Of a stretch of 29,342 bases of DNA, positions 25,454 through 29,342 are shown in pieces (the first letter of the stretch is position 1; each line of letters begins with the position of its first letter). Under the pieces are notes generated by a model, which had not been told where the DNA came from, made no database searches, and worked only from the letters and a program-made list of their open reading frames with translations. Source of the DNA: a virus (taxonomy: Duplodnaviria; Caudoviricetes); the IMG/VR virus record IMGVR_UViG_3300027412_000003, positions 1-29,342 of that record, one strand, 5' to 3'. The position numbers and the translations under genes are program-made.

Positions 25454-25645
25454 CTAAAACAATAAAAACATGCGATGCGCTGGAAAAATTGCAACCGAAC
25501 CGGATGTCGCCCCCACAAAAGGCTTGCCCATCCAGCTAACATCAAGCCGCTGGGTGTTCAATGCTTTCGCTTCAACCTGCGCAAAGGGTTTCCCCATCCA
25601 CGTTGTTGATAGCAGCGACAGCGTATCTTTAGACTGGAGTGCCAT
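25454..25645 (-). CDS. 63-aa hypothetical protein with a duplicated WMGKPF motif
   Basis: LSTTWMGKPF and LDVSWMGKPF. GGAG RBS. In the late operon. Confidence 0.65.
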   Translation of the reverse strand: MALQSKDTLSLLSTTWMGKPFAQVEAKALNTQRLDVSWMGKPFVGATSGSVAIFPAHRMFLLF

Positions 25646-25880
25646 TTGAGTACTCCGTCGGCAGTTGTTTACGGCCCATCTCGTTTATGAAACTTGTGTG
25701 ACAGTGGGCTTTATCGAAAAAAAACAGCCCATCAACTATAGAACGCATGATTGCCCATCGTCGCGAAGTCATCCCATTGCGCCAGCAGCGTGCAGAGAAT
25801 GTCTCATCTGCCCATGCGTCCCAGTACGGAGGAATCAGGCAGTTCACAAGCTGATCAAAAGCGATGGCCAGCTGCTTCAT
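25629..25880 (-). CDS. Small phage hypothetical protein
   Basis: IAFDQLVN...DETFSARCWR...VDGLF...HC, a pattern I recall near phage fibre and lysis genes. Confidence 0.75.
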   Translation of the reverse strand: MKQLAIAFDQLVNCLIPPYWDAWADETFSARCWRNGMTSRRWAIMRSIVDGLFFFDKAHCHTSFINEMGRKQLPTEYSNGTPV

Positions 25881-26311
25881 GCGAGAATTTCCGTGGCCCG
25901 ACCAGCTGCCAGCAGCCCGGCAGCTTCCAGTGCGAGCAGCCCATTCGCAGTGCGTGGGTCAGCCAGATCAACGTCCGTCGCCAGCTTGAATTTCTCCAGC
26001 CAGATTTCAACCTGAACAACCTGCTTTGCCATCGTGTAAATGGTGGCGAGTTCGGTATCAGTGAACCTGCTCATGTAATCCAACTTGCTGATTTTCGTTG
26101 AGCTGGCCTCTGGCTGAACATCCTGCATCGGCTGGTTTTGCAGTTGTGCGATCCGCGCATTTAGTGCGTAGGTTTCGGCCTCACGATCCACATCCGCTTG
26201 TGTTGGCTCGATCTGGAAGTTCAGGAAGGTGGATGTATCCGCATCAATGACCACGCGCACTTGCCATTTTCCTGATACGGTTTGAGTCTTTTCAATTATC
26301 TGATAGGGCAT
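25877..26311 (-). CDS. Fibre-associated chaperone-like protein
   Basis: C-terminal ISKLDYMSRFTDTE...VDLADPRT..GL..L...GLL...RA.EIL. AAGGA RBS. Confidence 0.7.
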   Translation of the reverse strand: MPYQIIEKTQTVSGKWQVRVVIDADTSTFLNFQIEPTQADVDREAETYALNARIAQLQNQPMQDVQPEASSTKISKLDYMSRFTDTELATIYTMAKQVVQVEIWLEKFKLATDVDLADPRTANGLLALEAAGLLAAGRATEILA

Positions 26312-26320
26312 GATTTATCC

Positions 26321-28732
26321 TTATGCTTGGTTGAATGTGGCATCAGAAACGTAGCCGCTGTATGTAGAACCACCATAGAACTGAGCCTCAATTTCAACAA
26401 CGCCCGCAGTGGAAGGGGTGAACGAGATGCTCAGCTCTTCCCATGTGTTTGCACCCGCCGTCATGGTGGCTATAACGTCGGAGGTTACGCCAGGCAGTTG
26501 CCCACCTTTGCACACCAGCTTACCGGTTAAGCCAGTGTTGGAGCGTTGGAACCACACCTTCACTGTGACTAGGGTCGCAGCACCAACAGCAATTTGAGCG
26601 AGCGGAAGAGCCAGAGGGTATTCTTGAGTCCTAGCCGTGTTAGTCGGGGACACTTGCCACGCGCTAGTGGCAGCTCCATGAACAACACCGGTCTGTTGTA
26701 TTACCAGTCCACCGTCATAAAAAATTCGAGAGTTGCCAGGTATTCCGTCGTGATTCTCGGAGTACATAATGCTGCCTATTTGAGTCAGTGACACTTCTAA
26801 CGCTTCGTTGAAGGTGAAGTTCCTGAAATTACCGGTTCCCCCAGTAGTGCCGGAATATACTCCGCTGAAGTTGCCCAAGGTGTATCCGCCGGAGACTGAA
26901 TAATTAAATCCACTACCAGCTATCCCAGCTGAGAGGTTATTCACCGCTGCTAAGTAACCAACCTTGCAACCCGTCTGTATGATGACTCCATAGGCTCCAT
27001 TACCTGCCGCCATCAGCACAGAACCTATTTTGCCTAGAGTTGGGGCTTGTATACCTGTGGTTAAATTATTATTTGCTTGAACCACCGAACCAACGTTGCT
27101 CGATGTACCCAAGTTGATTCCAACTCCACCGGTACAGTTATCTGCGCGACCCACTGTCTGGATACTCGCCCCAACTCCAAAATAGATGGGCTGACCACAA
27201 TTTACCGCTGATACTGTATCGACAACAGTCCGAGCAGAAGCACCATAGTTGATTGGTCCGTATGTGGTGTTGCAACATTCGATCCTACCTATTGTGGTAT
27301 CGTAAGCCCCGTAGCCACCACAATCTAGCCCGTAGTAATACCTGGTAAAATTGAGCTTATCAAAAGATAAAAAATTCGTGGCGCTGCTATACGTGTAAAG
27401 GCCGTTCCCTCTCCCATTCTGACCATCAAACCAGGTTTCCCCTACTTGAGTGGACATGTCTGTACGATTCCACCCCCCTGAATATGTGATCAGGTTGCCA
27501 GCTGTGCCATTGACAGTAGTCTGTTGGGCTGGGGAGTTATCAGCTCCAGCTAACATCAGTGTCTTTGTAGTTTCTCTCTTGTATGTTGCAACAGTCTCTG
27601 TTGCGCCGGAATAGCCCCGCTGTGGGGTGGTGGATGGAACATTTAATACGGTTCCATCCAAGACGACTCGCGTGCCGTTGATCGACTGAATGGCGTGCCA
27701 GCATTCATACCCATCACCGAATGAGTGGTCTCCGGGGTCTTTGCTAATTAGGCTTGCTAATGTCAGGCTGTCTGCGGCAGAAGAGGCTTTACACGCGATA
27801 ATGTTGTCCAACTGGAACGTGGAGGCGGCCCAGTAGGGGGTTTCTGTGTATATGGATATGGAATTGATGCCTGAGCCAAGGTCAGCCCCAAAGTCATATA
27901 CAAGGGGTGCCCAATAGCCTAAAACCGCTAAGGTTGGGAACATCATAGTGTGGACAGGGACCTCCCCTATAGTGTCCGAGCACAATCTCAAGCTGGTCAT
28001 CCCAATTACGGAACCCCCATAAGGGAACCCACAAAGAGTACCCGCTGACTGTCTTAACCAAAAACTGACCTGCTGGTATCCGGTTAAATCTAAGTTGGGT
28101 AGTGTGGCATACGCGACCTTTGTCCCTCCCACTGTGGATGCGGTGTACGTATTCAGGCACTCACCCCCCTCACGATGAGCATTAGTCAGTTTGGTAGCAG
28201 AACATCCATACGTGGTGTTCGGTGTCCACGTTTCAGTTTGCAGTTGGTTACCATGCAACGCTATCGGTAGCGTACATGGTGCTGGCAGCGTGACTACCGC
28301 GTTGGTAAATTTACGATAGCCGCCGGTGTAAACCCCCACACCATTGCCTATAGAACCGTCAAGGCTGAACGTGGTTGGACCAAGCTGCGTGATTGTCCAA
28401 ACTCCATTTGCCCTAGTGTTCGTAGCGTGGCTGGTTATTATCACGGTGTCACCTGTCACCAGCGCATGCGCCGCAGCAGACGTAATGACAATGGGAGTGG
28501 CGTTTGTGGACGAGGCTATACTCAAATTTGTAGCCAACGGTCCATCAGTCCAAGTAGTATTTCCCAGCAGTGTCGGGGCAGGGCTCGCCATTACCCGGAT
28601 AGTGTCTCCGGGGGTCAGTACGCCTATCGGGAGGTTGTTGGTCTTTTTTCTGCGCGTAGCAAAAGAATCCCCATTACCCACCGAGGCGTTAGCGTCCGTG
28701 CCACCATCATAATCGACGTACCATGTGGTCAT
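26321..28732 (-). CDS. Large multi-domain adhesin/depolymerase-like virion protein (beta-helix with CBM-like domains)
   Basis: WYVD..GG.D...GDS...PGDTIRV beta-helix cap, G/N/S/T-rich repeats, and two jelly-roll-like segments. Start placed at ATG 28732. Confidence 0.75.
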   Translation of the reverse strand: MTTWYVDYDGGTDANASVGNGDSFATRRKKTNNLPIGVLTPGDTIRVMASPAPTLLGNTTWTDGPLATNLSIASSTNATPIVITSAAAHALVTGDTVIITSHATNTRANGVWTITQLGPTTFSLDGSIGNGVGVYTGGYRKFTNAVVTLPAPCTLPIALHGNQLQTETWTPNTTYGCSATKLTNAHREGGECLNTYTASTVGGTKVAYATLPNLDLTGYQQVSFWLRQSAGTLCGFPYGGSVIGMTSLRLCSDTIGEVPVHTMMFPTLAVLGYWAPLVYDFGADLGSGINSISIYTETPYWAASTFQLDNIIACKASSAADSLTLASLISKDPGDHSFGDGYECWHAIQSINGTRVVLDGTVLNVPSTTPQRGYSGATETVATYKRETTKTLMLAGADNSPAQQTTVNGTAGNLITYSGGWNRTDMSTQVGETWFDGQNGRGNGLYTYSSATNFLSFDKLNFTRYYYGLDCGGYGAYDTTIGRIECCNTTYGPINYGASARTVVDTVSAVNCGQPIYFGVGASIQTVGRADNCTGGVGINLGTSSNVGSVVQANNNLTTGIQAPTLGKIGSVLMAAGNGAYGVIIQTGCKVGYLAAVNNLSAGIAGSGFNYSVSGGYTLGNFSGVYSGTTGGTGNFRNFTFNEALEVSLTQIGSIMYSENHDGIPGNSRIFYDGGLVIQQTGVVHGAATSAWQVSPTNTARTQEYPLALPLAQIAVGAATLVTVKVWFQRSNTGLTGKLVCKGGQLPGVTSDVIATMTAGANTWEELSISFTPSTAGVVEIEAQFYGGSTYSGYVSDATFNQA

Positions 28733-28733
28733 A

Positions 28734-29342
28734 TCAATACCCCTTAGCGTAGGCAACTACGTCATATTTGGCGGCGGCATGGTCGTAAATTACGCCGATT
28801 ACATCAGTTTTTAACGCAGTGGGTGTCAGAGTGATACCCGTAATATCGATGCCGAAACGAACCATCGTGCCCCAGGTTACGGTACGGTTTCCGGTTGCGT
28901 CCTGCTTCAGTCTGAGCATGATCCGTTTACCGTTAATACCTGCCGTGCCACCCGAGAAATCAATAGCTCGGTTACCGCCTAATGTCACATCAAAGGTCGA
29001 GGCAGTTGAAATATCAACGGTGATCGTCGCGCCGTCCACCAGCGATGTGGAAATCAGGCCGCCTTCTGGCCCTTGAGGGCCTGTGGCACCGGTTGCTCCA
29101 GTGGTGCCTTGAACACCCTGTATTCCCTGGGGGCCCTGCGCACCGGGCGCGCCCGCTGGGCCAATCAGTGAAGTACCCGCTGGCCATGCGCCGGCGGCCT
29201 TCGGGCCGTAGATGAAGTTCGTCGCCGTGTTGATGTAGAAGTTGCCATCGATGCCGGTTCCGGCTGCGGGTGCGACGGCACCGTACAGAATCGTATTACC
29301 GTCGGCTCCAGCTGCGCCTGTTGCCCCCGCAGCGCCCGGAAT
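28734..29342 (-). CDS. Collagen-like fibre protein (5' end outside the window)
   Basis: The frame is open to the window edge. It has 11 consecutive Gly-X-Y triplets (29064-29162), 5 more at 29292-29336, a GIDGNFYINT...YGPK...W spacer, and a C-terminal QDATGNRTVTW domain. Confidence 0.85.
   Translation of the reverse strand: MPGAAGATGAAGADGNTILYGAVAPAAGTGIDGNFYINTATNFIYGPKAAGAWPAGTSLIGPAGAPGAQGPQGIQGVQGTTGATGATGPQGPEGGLISTSLVDGATITVDISTASTFDVTLGGNRAIDFSGGTAGINGKRIMLRLKQDATGNRTVTWGTMVRFGIDITGITLTPTALKTDVIGVIYDHAAAKYDVVAYAKGY

Larger units (their letters stand above)
225..29342. mobile_element. P2-like prophage (phiCTX/RSA1-type organisation), truncated by the right window edge
   Basis: Integrase next to a tRNA, ogr, primase-helicase, and P2-type tail/baseplate/lysis genes in P2 order (D, U, T, E, FII, FI, I, J, W, V, S, R, X, L). 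Confidence 0.95.

Noticed and set aside
28734-29039. 101-aa stand-alone ORF in the track
   Set aside because: It is only the C-terminal domain of a longer collagen-like gene whose frame stays open to the window edge.
18267-29342. Diversity-generating retroelement or invertible fibre switch
   Set aside because: No reverse transcriptase, invertase, template/variable repeat pair or inverted fibre segments are visible in the window.
1-29342. CRISPR array, IS element, or second att copy
   Set aside because: No regularly spaced repeats and no transposase. I saw no duplicate of the tRNA-Arg 3' end, so the att core cannot be delimited here.

Overview
The window starts with a host tRNA-Ser(GCT)/tRNA-Arg(ACG) pair. 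Everything after it (about 225 to the window end) is one side of a P2-like (Peduoviridae) prophage with a phiCTX/RSA1-type layout, apparently integrated at the tRNA-Arg 3' end. From left to right: tyrosine integrase and an overlapping excisionase-like ORF; an early operon of small genes, an HD hydrolase and a Zn-finger/TOPRIM/P-loop primase-helicase; ogr; a YdaT/CII-like gene; an RHH cro/cox-like gene; the divergent XRE repressor; three accessory genes; and the minus-strand late genes D-U-T-E'/E-FII-FI, tail fibre/baseplate (tfa, fibre, I, J, W, V), S, R, lysis, X and L. The capsid, terminase and portal genes and the second att site lie outside the window. The most unusual parts are: (1) a fibre/adhesin cassette (collagen-like protein, ~800-aa multi-domain beta-helix protein, chaperone-like and small proteins) upstream of head-completion gene L, while the normal tail fibre is only 229 aa; (2) a WYL-like/BRCT gene coupled to a repressor that has no autocleavage domain; (3) a multi-TM membrane domain fused to an SLT endolysin in a rearranged lysis cassette; (4) a multi-hairpin candidate RNA upstream of xis; (5) an internal duplication in baseplate hub gpD. 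All family calls come from motif recognition by eye and gene order, not from database searches.
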